From an uncultured Chloroflexia bacterium (lineage in GTDB: Bacteria > Chloroflexota > Chloroflexia > QHBQ01 > JADMIH01), in assembly GCA_963797095.1 (NCBI GenBank), contig CAWCNY010000005.1, positions 544,001 through 608,000 of the forward strand: a stretch of 64,000 bases of DNA, given 5' to 3'. The notes below the pieces were generated by a model that did not search any database, was not told the DNA's origin, and saw only the letters and a program-made list of their open reading frames with translations. How positions within the stretch are numbered: the first letter of the stretch is position 1; each line of letters starts with the position of its first letter. Position numbers and translations under genes: made by a program. This document shows, in pieces, positions 9,488 through 19,382 of the stretch.

Positions 9488-11185
9488 CTAAGCGAGCTCC
9501 AGGTCGGCCTGTAGCGTGCCTGCGCGGTCGCTACGGATAGTCACGTGCGCTGTGCCGCCTTCTGGGGCTTGCACGACCCACTCAAGGCGCTTCTGGTTGT
9601 CTGTGATATGGCGCGACGAGTACCACCCACCATATATCTTGTTGGTCCGGCCTTCCAGTTGGCCGACCTCCTGCTCGCCCTTGCCGCTCAAGAGGGTCGC
9701 GCCTTCGGGAAGGTCCAGCTTTACCTCTACGGGGCGCACCGCCTTACGCTCCTGTGCCCGCTTGCTTGTATAAGTTGGCAAGAAGCCTGAATTAGCCACT
9801 ATGACATCGATCTTGTATACATCCTTGCCGTGCGCCTCTACTTCGGTCTTGAGAAACTCAAGACGCGAGGACATCAGGGCATGAGCCAGAGTGAACGTGC
9901 ATTGCTTCTCGCATATTCCAGGGAGATACTCGGCGGGCGCGTTTTGCCAGGCATATTTGTAGTCCCAGCCTCCGATCTCCACCTTGCCAAGCTGTGGGTG
10001 ATCGAATTCGCGCCAGGTCTCGAAGCCCTTGCCGCCAAGCTTTTCATCGTTCCACTTCATGATCTGTAGATCGTCTTCCTCAGGGTGGCGCTTGGTCCAG
10101 TTGATCCAGTCTTCCTTCATATCGACGCCAGCAGCCGTGGGAGCATCCCACAACTCGTCGGTGAACCCGAACCACCCGTAGAAATCGAAGGCGTAGTCGT
10201 CCATCGCACCGTGCATCGGCTCTTTGGGGTCGTAGGCGAAGTTGTGGAACACCGACACATTGGGGTAGCCTGTAATCTCGGTGGCACGCCCACCGATAAT
10301 TTTGAAGACTTCAAGATCATGCGTAGCGAAATGCGTGTCGGGGTGAGTTGAGTAGGGGCGAAGGAAGACTCCTGAGTAGGTGTGATAGGCCACGAAGCCG
10401 TTGATGTTGCGATGGGTGGACCAGAACTGGGCCACCGCCCGTGTTTCCGGCTCGGAGAAGGGGAAATCGCCCGCACCCATTTGGTCGCCTTCCGGGGCCC
10501 AATCGTAAGGGAAGTTGCGGTTCAGGTCCAGCCCGTACCGTCCTGGGGCCATCTTTATATCGTGCCCGTCCCAATTGTTGATAGTCCCTTCGCTAACGAG
10601 GCTGTAGTATTCGCCGCTGAACTCATCGGGAGAGCGCTTGACCATCACCCTGTGGTCCTTGTCCGATACGCGCCATGCGCCGTTCGGGTCTTTGATCCTC
10701 ATCTGGAGGATGCGACCATCGCCGTCTACATCGTCGGGATAGAGACCGTCACGATCCTCAATGTAGGGGTATCTTCGGGTGGAAGAGCGTAGCACGTGAG
10801 GGGTTGTGAGGTACATCTCCGACCCATCTACCGAGATCCTGGGCACCACATAGACCGTGTAATCATTCAGCAGGCGGGTCACGCGCTCGTCTTTGCCGTA
10901 ATTCGTCACGTAATTCCAGATCGTGTAGAGCGCCACCGTGCAACCGGTCACTTCACCGGCGTGGATGTTGGCGTCGATCCAGTAAGCGGGCTTCTCGGTA
11001 TCCGGTCCCGTCTTCTTATTGGTCAGGGTTGCAAGCATGATCTCGCGCCCTTCGTGCGATTTGCCTATAACGGACGCCGACATGAGGTCGGGGTATGCCT
11101 TCTCCGCCTCACTCAGGAAGTCTCGTATCTCCTGGTACTTGTAGAACCGCGAAGCATCAAATTTCAACACGTGCTTTCTCCTCAA
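9488..11185 (-). CDS. M14 family zinc carboxypeptidase
   Basis: IGKSHEGR, NIHAGE zinc motif, DLNRNFP, FSEPET, YHTYSG. Confidence 0.93.
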   Translation of the reverse strand: MRRKHVLKFDASRFYKYQEIRDFLSEAEKAYPDLMSASVIGKSHEGREIMLATLTNKKTGPDTEKPAYWIDANIHAGEVTGCTVALYTIWNYVTNYGKDERVTRLLNDYTVYVVPRISVDGSEMYLTTPHVLRSSTRRYPYIEDRDGLYPDDVDGDGRILQMRIKDPNGAWRVSDKDHRVMVKRSPDEFSGEYYSLVSEGTINNWDGHDIKMAPGRYGLDLNRNFPYDWAPEGDQMGAGDFPFSEPETRAVAQFWSTHRNINGFVAYHTYSGVFLRPYSTHPDTHFATHDLEVFKIIGGRATEITGYPNVSVFHNFAYDPKEPMHGAMDDYAFDFYGWFGFTDELWDAPTAAGVDMKEDWINWTKRHPEEDDLQIMKWNDEKLGGKGFETWREFDHPQLGKVEIGGWDYKYAWQNAPAEYLPGICEKQCTFTLAHALMSSRLEFLKTEVEAHGKDVYKIDVIVANSGFLPTYTSKRAQERKAVRPVEVKLDLPEGATLLSGKGEQEVGQLEGRTNKIYGGWYSSRHITDNQKRLEWVVQAPEGGTAHVTIRSDRAGTLQADLELA

Positions 11186-11265
11186 GTGTGATATGGTCTA
11201 GTTTACATTAAATTAGCAAGATAGACATATATCTAAACGCAAGGGCACACAAACCGGCCCGAGCA

Positions 11266-11916
11266 TTACTTCTCGCCAGGCCACACAAGCCTCGCCGCCA
11301 GGCCGATGAACACCGTGCCGGTAAACCATCGCTGAATACTTGCCACCCGAGTGCTGGTCCTCAATCTGTCGCCAAGCGAGCCTGCGATGAGGGCTACCCC
11401 GCTATTTACCAGCGTGCCCGACGTATCGAAGATCAGTCCGAGCAGTACCACCTGCCAGCCGATTGGCCCACGAGCCGGGTCTACGAATTGCGGTATGAAT
11501 GCGATGAAGAAGAGGGCCACCTTGGGGTTCAGCACGTTGGTGATCACGCCCTGCCGGAAGATGGCCGGGTAGTTCGAGGCACCCCTGGGCGAAAGGCGCA
11601 GGCCACTTTTGTCGCTGTTGTGCGGCGCGCCTAGTTTTGTGTCCCTTGCCAGCAGGGTCCGAACTCCCAGGTAGGCAAGGTAAGCCGCACCGATGTACTT
11701 CACCGCGTCGTAGGCCACGGGCACGCTCAGGAGCAACGTCGAGAGGCCGAGCGCTAACGCCGCCATGTGTACGAGAGTGCCTGCTCCTATTCCGAGCGCA
11801 GAAGTCACACCCGCCCGCTTGCCCTGCCCCACGCTGCGAGCGATGACGTAGAGCATATCAGGTCCCGGCGTGAGGTTGAGGGCTATAGTCGCCAGAAGAA
11901 AGAGGGTAAGATCCAT
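11266..11916 (-). CDS. LysE/RhtB family amino-acid exporter
   Basis: TPGPDM, KYIGAAYLAYLG, NVLNPKVALFF. Confidence 0.95.
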   Translation of the reverse strand: MDLTLFLLATIALNLTPGPDMLYVIARSVGQGKRAGVTSALGIGAGTLVHMAALALGLSTLLLSVPVAYDAVKYIGAAYLAYLGVRTLLARDTKLGAPHNSDKSGLRLSPRGASNYPAIFRQGVITNVLNPKVALFFIAFIPQFVDPARGPIGWQVVLLGLIFDTSGTLVNSGVALIAGSLGDRLRTSTRVASIQRWFTGTVFIGLAARLVWPGEK

Positions 11917-11947
11917 AAGTCCTTCCGCTATATGAGTGCGCTGGAAC

Positions 11948-13027
11948 CTACAATATCAACATTGCGTCCCCGAAGCTGTAGAACCTGTAACGTTCTTTTA
12001 TGGCTTCAGAGTATGCCTTCATCATCAGGTCGTAAGTTGCGAAGGCGGATACCAGCAGGAGGAGCGTTGTCCTGGGCAGGTGGAAATTGGTGATCATAGC
12101 GTCAACCAGGCCAAACTGCGAGCCAGGCATCAAATAGAGGTCGGTCCAGCCCTCAGAGGGGCGTACAGGCTCGTTGCGGGCATCCAGGCTGAGCGATTGG
12201 GAGCGCGCCGCAGTCTCCAACACGCGCACGCTGGTGGTCCCCACCGCCAGAACCTTGCCACCCCGCGCTCTGGTATCGCATATAGCACGCGCCGCCTCTT
12301 CAGGCAAGCTGTACCACTCCCGGTGCATGGGGTGATCCTCCACGCGCTCCTCGTGCACCGGGCGAAAGGTGTCCAACCCCACGTGCAAAGTGACAGTCGC
12401 CCAACCCACACCCTGCGCCTTTAGCTCTTCCAGCAGCCGTTCGGTGAAGTGCAGACCGGCTGTGGGGGCTGCCGCCGAGCCTTCGGTGTGCGCATAGACG
12501 GTCTGGTAGCGCGTTGGGTTATCCAACCTTTCGTGGATGTAGGGAGGGAGGGGCATCTGCCCAAGCACATCCAGCATGGGGCGCGGCGGCTTATAAAAAC
12601 GCAGAATGCGCCCACCCAACTCAGACCGAGCAATGACCTCGGCTTCCAGGTAAGCCCCGCTCTCCTCAGACCCGAAACCAAGCACCGTACCGTCGTGTAT
12701 ACGCCTACCGGGGCTGACAAGACCCTCCCACACTCGCGGCTCGGCCCCTTCATCCTCCGGCTGCACGACAGGTCTCAACAGCAGCACCTCGACCGCGCCG
12801 CCCGTGCCGACCTTGTGCCCCAGCAAACGCGCAGGCAGCACCTTGCTCTCGTTGGCGACCAGCAGATCGCCCGGCCTCAGGTACTCGCCAAGCTCGAAGA
12901 ATCGCCGGTGCTCAAGGCTGCCGCTATCCCGGCGCACCACAAGCAGGCGCGAGCTATCGCGCGGCTCGACGGGAGTTTGCGCGATAAGCTCAGGTGGCAA
13001 ATCATAATCGAATTGATCAATTCGCAT
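11948..13027 (-). CDS. queA: S-adenosylmethionine:tRNA ribosyltransferase-isomerase
   Basis: FDYDLPPELIAQ, PLPPYI, YQTVYA, AAPTAGLHF, TNFHLP, YRFYSFGDAM. Confidence 0.98.
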   Translation of the reverse strand: MRIDQFDYDLPPELIAQTPVEPRDSSRLLVVRRDSGSLEHRRFFELGEYLRPGDLLVANESKVLPARLLGHKVGTGGAVEVLLLRPVVQPEDEGAEPRVWEGLVSPGRRIHDGTVLGFGSEESGAYLEAEVIARSELGGRILRFYKPPRPMLDVLGQMPLPPYIHERLDNPTRYQTVYAHTEGSAAAPTAGLHFTERLLEELKAQGVGWATVTLHVGLDTFRPVHEERVEDHPMHREWYSLPEEAARAICDTRARGGKVLAVGTTSVRVLETAARSQSLSLDARNEPVRPSEGWTDLYLMPGSQFGLVDAMITNFHLPRTTLLLLVSAFATYDLMMKAYSEAIKERYRFYSFGDAMLIL

Positions 13028-13095
13028 TGGGCGTTACGTTACCCTCTGTGTGGAAGACTAATGAGGAGATATTCGGTGGGGCAGGCCGATTATCG

Positions 13096-13186
13096 AGTTC
13101 CTGGTTCCTGGTTCATAGTCCCTGATTCCAAGTTCTGGTTCCTTGTGCCTACTTCAACCAGGAACTTGGAACTTGGAACTTGGAAC
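13096..13186. repeat. Inverted heptamer repeat array (GTTCCTG-like / GGAACTT)
   Basis: gttcctggttcctggttc... on one side and ggaacttggaacttggaacttggaac on the other. Confidence 0.8.
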
Positions 13187-13797
13187 TAGCAGCTATACCC
13201 AGCCGCGAAGGCCTCCCAGGCTGCCTGCACCTGCCCTCGGGTCTCCTCGATGGTGCCGGAGTTATATATGACCACCGTGGCGCGGGCTAGCTTTTCTTCC
13301 TGGGGAGCCTGGGCATCAATGCGCATCTCGGCTTCCTCCTGGGAATACCCGCGCGTCCTCATCAGCCTCTCCAGTTGTTGCTCCCTGGTGCAGGTGACTA
13401 CCCACACGGCATCACACTTGTCGGCCCAGCCAGACTCGATCAGCTTGATTGCATCTATTACAACTACAGGTTCTGGTGCGTCCGCGATTTCATCATCTAT
13501 CACGCGGCGCACGATCGGGTGCTCGATCTGCTCAAGTGTGCGCAGCCGCTCAGGGTCGGCGAAGACGATACGCCCGAGTGCGCGCCTGTCGATCTCGCCG
13601 CTTGCGTCAACAATAGACGGGCCGAACTCCGAGATCACGGGCCAGTAGGCAGGGCCGCCCTTCTTCAAGATGATGTGGATCAGTTGGTCGGCGTCGATGG
13701 TGTGCGCGCCAAGTTCGCGAAGCTGGCGCAACACCGTGCTCTTGCCGCAGGCGATATTGCCGGTCAGCCCCAGGAGCGCTTTACCGTGGTACGGCAT
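13186..13797 (-). CDS. coaE: Dephospho-CoA kinase
   Basis: GLTGNIACGKST P-loop, IDAD, IDRRALGRIVF, HP; ATG at 13797 taken as start. Confidence 0.95.
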   Translation of the reverse strand: MPYHGKALLGLTGNIACGKSTVLRQLRELGAHTIDADQLIHIILKKGGPAYWPVISEFGPSIVDASGEIDRRALGRIVFADPERLRTLEQIEHPIVRRVIDDEIADAPEPVVVIDAIKLIESGWADKCDAVWVVTCTREQQLERLMRTRGYSQEEAEMRIDAQAPQEEKLARATVVIYNSGTIEETRGQVQAAWEAFAAGYSC

Positions 13798-15910
13798 TGG
13801 CTTCCTCTTCGGCGGACTGCCACACACTGTAAGCCTGATCAAGCTCCTCTTCCAGTTGTGCGTACTCTGTGCCCAGCTTGACTATCGCGTCCAGGTCGCG
13901 CTTTTCGGTGGCTTTGGTGAGGGCGTCCGATACGGCGTTCAGGCGAGCTTCAAGGGTTGATATGCGGTTCTCGGCCTCCTGGCGGCGCTTTTCGAGGCGG
14001 GCCTTTTCACGCTCGGCGGCGCGCTCCTGCCGCTGGATGGCTTTGCTTTGCTCTCGCGTATCCATCTTCGGCTGCGCGCCATTGCCTGTTGCCCCATCCG
14101 GCTGCGCGATCAAGCCTTGTTCGGAGCGGCGCGCCTTCTCGGCCAGATATTCGGTGTAGTTGCCGTCGTAGGCGGTAAGCGTTTCGTCTTCCAGCGACCA
14201 TACCTGCGTGGCAATATCGTCGATGAAGGCGCGGTCGTGCGACACGAACAGGATGGTGCCGTCGTAGCCGTTCAACACCTCGGTCAGCGCCTCCTGGGCG
14301 TCGAGGTCGAGGTGGTTGGTTGGCTCGTCCAGGATCAGGAAGTTAGCATCGGTCAGCATCAGTTTGGTGAGGGCTACGCGGCTGCGCTCGCCGCCGCTGA
14401 GGTCGCCCACCATCTTGAAGACGTTGTCGCCTGAGAAGAGCATCTTGCCGAGCAGGTCGCGGGCGGCCTCCTCGGTCATGTTGCGCACCGACCGCACCTC
14501 CTCCATCACGCTGTTGCGGGCATCAAGGCCCTCATGCGCCTGCGCGTAGTAGCCGAAGCGCACGTTGTGGCCCAATTCGAGGTGGCCTCCAAGCGGGGGC
14601 AGCATACCCATGATGGTCTTGAGCAGGGTGGTCTTGCCCGCCCCATTGGGGCCGATAAGGGCCACGCGCTCGCCGCGCTCGATCTCCAGGTCGCTGCACT
14701 TGAATAAGACCAGGGACGATGGACGGTGGACAGTGGACGTACCGGGGTTTTCGTCGTGCGTCGTCCGTCCTTCGTCGGCCAGGTGATAGCCGATCACAAG
14801 ATCCTCGGCCTCGAAGACGCTGAGGCCGGAGCGGACGTGCGCTCTGAAGGTCAGGCGCATCTCGGCGCGCTCGGAGGGGCGCTCAAGAAGGCCCTCGTTG
14901 TGGGCGCGTTGCAGGCGCTTGAGGCGACCAAAAGCCTGTTTCTTCTTCTGACCCTCTTTATAGCGGCGTATGAAGGCCCACGTGCGCTCGACGGTCTCTT
15001 GCTGCGCCTCGTACTCGGCAAGGAGGCGCTCATAACGCTCGGCCTTCATCTGGAGGTACTTCTCGTAGGGCACGGGGTAGTCTTGCAGCCTGCTGAAAGC
15101 GAGCTGCTCACCCTCGGTGCGTAACTCGCCGCTCTTAGAATACCAGGTGAAGGTCTTGGGGGCGGTGAACTCCATATCGAGGGTGCGCTTGGTCACTTTG
15201 TTCAGGAAGCGGCGGTCGTGGGCGATCACGAGGAGGGTGCCCTGCCATTGCAGGAGGAAGCCCTCAAGCCACTCTATGGCAGAGATATCGAGGTGGTTGG
15301 TTGGCTCGTCGAGGAGGAGGAGATCGGGGTCGGCCAGCAATGCGCGGGCGAGAGCGGCGCGTGTGCGCTGCCCGCCGCTCATAGTGCTCAGGGTCTGCTC
15401 GTGCTGCAACTCTTTGAAGCCAAGACCCTGCAACACCTCCTCGATGCGGTGCTCGAAATTATAGCCTCCTACCAACTCGAAGCGATGGGTGGCCTCCTCG
15501 TATTCTTCCATCAGTGTAGCCCACTCGTCGGCATCGCCCTCTATCTCGGCTATCTGCAACTCAAGCTCGCGCAGGCGCGCCTGTAGAGCGCGTACAGGGC
15601 CGAGGGCATCGATCATCGAGTGGAGCAGCGTGTCCTCAGGCGAATACGATAGGTCGGCCTCTGAAGCGAACGACGATGCAGCCTCCTGCGGCAGATATAC
15701 CACCCGCACCGCCTTGGCTTTTACCACGCTGCCACCGCCGGCGGCTTCCTGCCCGGCGATGATTTTGAGCAGAGTAGACTTGCCGACGCCGTTGGGGCCA
15801 ACCAGTGCAACGCGCTCTCCGGCGTTCAAAGTAAAGCTGACACCCTCGAATATCGGGTAGATATTGTAGGACTTGGATAGGTTATAGACAGTTAGAAGGG
15901 TTGTAGGCAT
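13781..15910 (-). CDS. ABC-F family ATPase (Uup/YdiF-like ribosome-associated factor)
   Basis: Two ABC domains (GPNGVGKST/MSGGQ/LDEPTNHLD and GPNGAGKTT/LSGGE/LDEPTNHLD), no TM helices, C-terminal coiled coil. Confidence 0.95.
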   Translation of the reverse strand: MPTTLLTVYNLSKSYNIYPIFEGVSFTLNAGERVALVGPNGVGKSTLLKIIAGQEAAGGGSVVKAKAVRVVYLPQEAASSFASEADLSYSPEDTLLHSMIDALGPVRALQARLRELELQIAEIEGDADEWATLMEEYEEATHRFELVGGYNFEHRIEEVLQGLGFKELQHEQTLSTMSGGQRTRAALARALLADPDLLLLDEPTNHLDISAIEWLEGFLLQWQGTLLVIAHDRRFLNKVTKRTLDMEFTAPKTFTWYSKSGELRTEGEQLAFSRLQDYPVPYEKYLQMKAERYERLLAEYEAQQETVERTWAFIRRYKEGQKKKQAFGRLKRLQRAHNEGLLERPSERAEMRLTFRAHVRSGLSVFEAEDLVIGYHLADEGRTTHDENPGTSTVHRPSSLVLFKCSDLEIERGERVALIGPNGAGKTTLLKTIMGMLPPLGGHLELGHNVRFGYYAQAHEGLDARNSVMEEVRSVRNMTEEAARDLLGKMLFSGDNVFKMVGDLSGGERSRVALTKLMLTDANFLILDEPTNHLDLDAQEALTEVLNGYDGTILFVSHDRAFIDDIATQVWSLEDETLTAYDGNYTEYLAEKARRSEQGLIAQPDGATGNGAQPKMDTREQSKAIQRQERAAEREKARLEKRRQEAENRISTLEARLNAVSDALTKATEKRDLDAIVKLGTEYAQLEEELDQAYSVWQSAEEEANAVPR

Positions 15911-15923
15911 GAGGGTAATTGAT

Positions 15924-15962
15924 TATTGCGTATTGCGTATTGCGTATTGCGTATTGCGTATT
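15924..15962. repeat. Heptamer tandem repeat (TATTGCG) x5
   Basis: Read directly; an inverted degenerate partner lies at about 16051-16072. Confidence 0.95.
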
Positions 15963-16057
15963 GGATTGCATTCTGATCTTCATGATATTATAGCAAGGCT
16001 AATCAGGCCCGCACAACAAGACCACCTGGCTATCAAAGGCACTGCACAGCACGCAAT

Positions 16058-17435
16058 ATGCAATACCATACGTCCCTCCGCATCAAACGTGTATTCAACA
16101 ACCTTCAGGCCAGCCTCTGGTTCATGCCTTCACTGATTGTTGTTGCCCTGATGGCACTGACACTTCTTATGGTGTGGCTTGACCGAATCATCGGCTACCA
16201 GACCACGCGGGAGATGACCTTCTTCTTCAGCGCGGGGCCCGAGGGCACACGCGATATGCTCACCACCATCGCAAGCACCATGCTGACGGTGGCAAGCGTG
16301 GCCTTCTCATTCACTATCGTGGTATTCTCCTTCGCGTCGAGCCAGTACGCCTCGCGGACGCTTCACAGCTTCATAGACGACAACACCAACCAGGCGGTGC
16401 TCGGCACGCTGCTGCGCAGCTTCGTTTATTGCTTGTTGGTCCTGCGGACTGTACACCTGGAGTCGGGCAACGAGTTCGTGCCTGTGCTTTCCGCATCGGT
16501 TGCGTTGTTGCTTGCTATCGTTGGCCTGGGCCCGTTTATTCTCTTCATCCACCACGTAGCCGATCATCCACCGCCACGTAGCCGGGGCGATCCAGGCTTA
16601 CCATATTATCTACCGGGTCGGCCATGCTACCAGCCGCGCTATCGATACTCTCTTCCCCAAAAACCTCGGTACCACAACAAGCATCACCGAAGAAGATACC
16701 GAAACAATGATATCTGAATTCACCACCGTGCTTGTACGCGCACAAAGTACGGGCTATCTTCAAGCCATCGACACCGGTTACACGCTCGCCCTTACCTCGC
16801 GTCACGACCTGATCGTGGTCCAACATAAAGGCGTAGGCCACTTCGTTGTGCGTGGCGAGACTGTGGCGTTGGTGGGACCAGCCGAGTATGTAACTGACTC
16901 CATCTGCTAGCAGATCTGTGATTACTTCATCCTGAGCCAGCACCGCACTATCTATCAGGACCCGGAATATGGGGTTCTCCAGCTTGCGGATATAGCGATC
17001 AAAGCCCTGTCGCCCGCCATCAACGATCCTAATACGGCGGTGATGGCTCTCAACGAGATCAGCAAAGTCTTCCGGCAAATCGCCCGCAAGGAGCTACCCA
17101 AACACCTGCTGACCGACAAGCAAGGCAAGCCCCGCATAATCGCCGACGTACCCACCTTCGAGCAATTGGCCGCTCAGGCCTTCGACCAGATACGGCGCTA
17201 TGGTATGGCCGAGGCGGTCATACCCGCCAAAATGCTCGACGTTATCACTGAGATCGCGGAGGAAGCCGGTCTGGAATCGGAACGGGCAATTTTGCGCGAG
17301 CATTTGATCGCCCTGGTTGCCGATGCGGATCGGGCGATCCATAATAAGCGCGACCGAGAGCTCATCAATATGGAGCTTCGGGACGGCATACACGCTCTGC
17401 AAATGGGCGATGAGGAGGTGCCGTTGCTCAAGTAG
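16058..17435 (+). pseudogene. DUF2254-family membrane protein, disrupted
   Basis: Family motifs SLWFMP, ASSQYASR and QDPEYGVLQLADIAIKALSPAINDPNTA are spread over three ORFs; frameshift near 16565 and in-frame TAG at 16908-16910. Confidence 0.8.
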
Positions 17436-17667
17436 GGGCACCCTACACAGTAATGCGACAGAATTGCCTCTGGTGAATGCCCTTTTGGCACTGCTCTGGC
17501 GCATGGGATGCGCCGGTAATGTGTCGTGCTCCTGTTGCGGCATAAGCAACCTCAGATCGTTGTCCTTGCTGCCAGTGTGGGGTGCGCGCCATCTTTTAGG
17601 AAGGAAAGAAAAATGATACCCTCTAGGTGAAGACATCCCGGCTAAGGCCGAAATCCTGGAGGGTATC

Positions 17668-19238
17668 ATGCAGAGTAGCGAGTTTCAGGCCGTTTGCGAC
17701 CTGTCACCTGCCCTCACTAGTATTGTGAAGGAATTTGAGGGGCTCGTCAAACAACTTTGGATATATGCTCAACGCAACCCGGATGCTACTTTGAGCAGTC
17801 TCGAAGAAAGAGCACGTCAACTGCGCTCGGACTGTTTCGCCTCAGCCTTAGAAGCCGCAGCCCAACTGCATCGTGCCATGATAGAGGAAGAATGGCTGCT
17901 TGGGCACAAGCAGTGTGACTGCGGGCAGACACCCCAGTACAAGGGTAAGCAGCGGCGCACTGTGCAAACATGGGTAGGCACGGTCACATTGGAGAGAGGT
18001 TACTTCTACTGTAAAGGGTGTGGCACCGGACGCTACCCGCTGGATGAGGCTCTAGGCATACCCGCACGGGAACACTTCTCGGACGGAGTGCAACAAGGAG
18101 TGTGCCTGCTGGGTGTGCAGATGCCTTTCGAGCAGGCTGCACATGCAGTGGAGGTACTCACTGGCATGTCGGTCTCTCCAAGAGAAGCCGAGCGCATGAC
18201 TGAACAGAGGGGGCTTACATTAGAGGAGGGGGCTTACATTAGAGGAGAGCTTGCAAGAGGAGAGGAGAGCTTGCAAGAGGAGAGGAGAGCTTGCAAGAGG
18301 AGAGGAGAGCTTGCAAGAGGAGAGGAGAGCTTGCAAGAGGAGAGGAGAGCTTGCAAGAGGAGAGGAGAGCTTGCAAGAGGAGAGGAGAGCTTGCAAGAGG
18401 AGAGGAGAGCTTGCAAGCAGAAGATCAAACGCTAGGGGCAAGTCCCACCTCTCAGAAAGGTTCAAAGGTTGCAGATGGAGCATTGGGCTTGGGCACATGG
18501 GCGGCGACGCTGGACGCTGGCAAGGTGCGCTACGAAGATGGGTGGCATGACGCTAAAGCGGGAGTGGTGTTTTGGGCCGAGCCTGCATACAACGAAGCAG
18601 GAGAGATAGAGGGGGCAAGAGCCACCCATCAGAGCTATGTGGCGGAGGTCGGCTCGATGGAGCGGGCAGGAAAGCGGTTGAGTGCTGAAGCATGGAGGAG
18701 AGGGATAGGCCCTGAGGAGCAGGTTGTATGTCTGGGAGATGGGGCACCCACCAACTGGATACAGTTCGATGAGCACTTTGCCAACAGGGTAGAGGTACTC
18801 GACTGGTATCACGCCATGGAGCACCTGTGGCAAGCAGGTAATGGTATCTTCGGGCAGGGCACACCAGACGCCGCAAGATGGGTGAAGCGTTGGGAGAAGG
18901 AATTATGGGAGGGAAGGGTAGAAGCAGTCATTGTGGCTCTACACAGAGAGAGCAAACGTGAAGGGGAGGCGGGAGAAGCGGCACGAGAGCAGATTTATTA
19001 CTTCCAGACGAACAAAGAGAGGATGCGCTACTCCGAGTACCGGGCATTGGGCTTCCCAGTTGGTTCAGGCACGGTGGAGAGTGCATGCAAGCGGCTGATT
19101 GGTGCCCGTCTCAAGGGAGCAGGCATGTGTTGGAGCAAACCAGGAGCACAAGGGGTGCTGACACTGAGAGCCGAACTGCTCAGTGAGAGGTGGGAGCAAT
19201 GCTGGCCCAAAACTCGCCCTCTCAGAAAAGTCGCCTAA
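17668..19238 (+). pseudogene. ISKra4-type DDE transposase, frameshifted by a tandem repeat expansion
   Basis: Zn finger (CDCG..YFYCKGC), PLDEALG, GDGAxxNW, LDWYHAMEHL, RMRY, GSGTVESAC; the two halves are in different frames. Confidence 0.88.
18207..18417 (+). repeat. 19-bp unit x2 followed by 20-bp unit AGAGGAGAGCTTGCAAGAGG x9
   Basis: Read directly; no spacers between units. Confidence 0.97.
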
Positions 19239-19382
19239 ACGATGGCGCGCACCCGCCAGTGTGTAACTGCTTGCCGTCCGAGCAACCCTTGTGCTACAAT
19301 GTCCAATGGCCCATTGAAACCCGCGCGCCGCAAAGACGCACAATTGGGTTTAGATATTCTTTATTGGCAAGGAGTGGCATGG

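Larger units (their letters stand above)
17580..19254 (+). mobile_element. ISKra4-family insertion sequence
   Basis: 21-bp TIRs GGGTGCGCGCCATC(T/G)TTTAGG at 17580-17600 and 19234-19254; 9-bp TSD GCCAGTGTG at 17571-17579 and 19255-19263. Confidence 0.88.

Noticed and set aside
16908-16910. Pyrrolysine or stop-codon read-through in the DUF2254 gene
   Set aside because: The gene also has a frameshift near 16565, so ordinary decay is the simpler explanation; no pyl genes are in the window.
18207-18417. Possible CRISPR array
   Set aside because: Units are head-to-tail with no unique spacers, lie inside a transposase gene, and no cas genes are present.
19242-19382. N-terminal extension of Der
   Set aside because: It starts inside the IS right TIR and spans the likely promoter (TTGCCG-N18-TACAAT); the start with an RBS is 19383.
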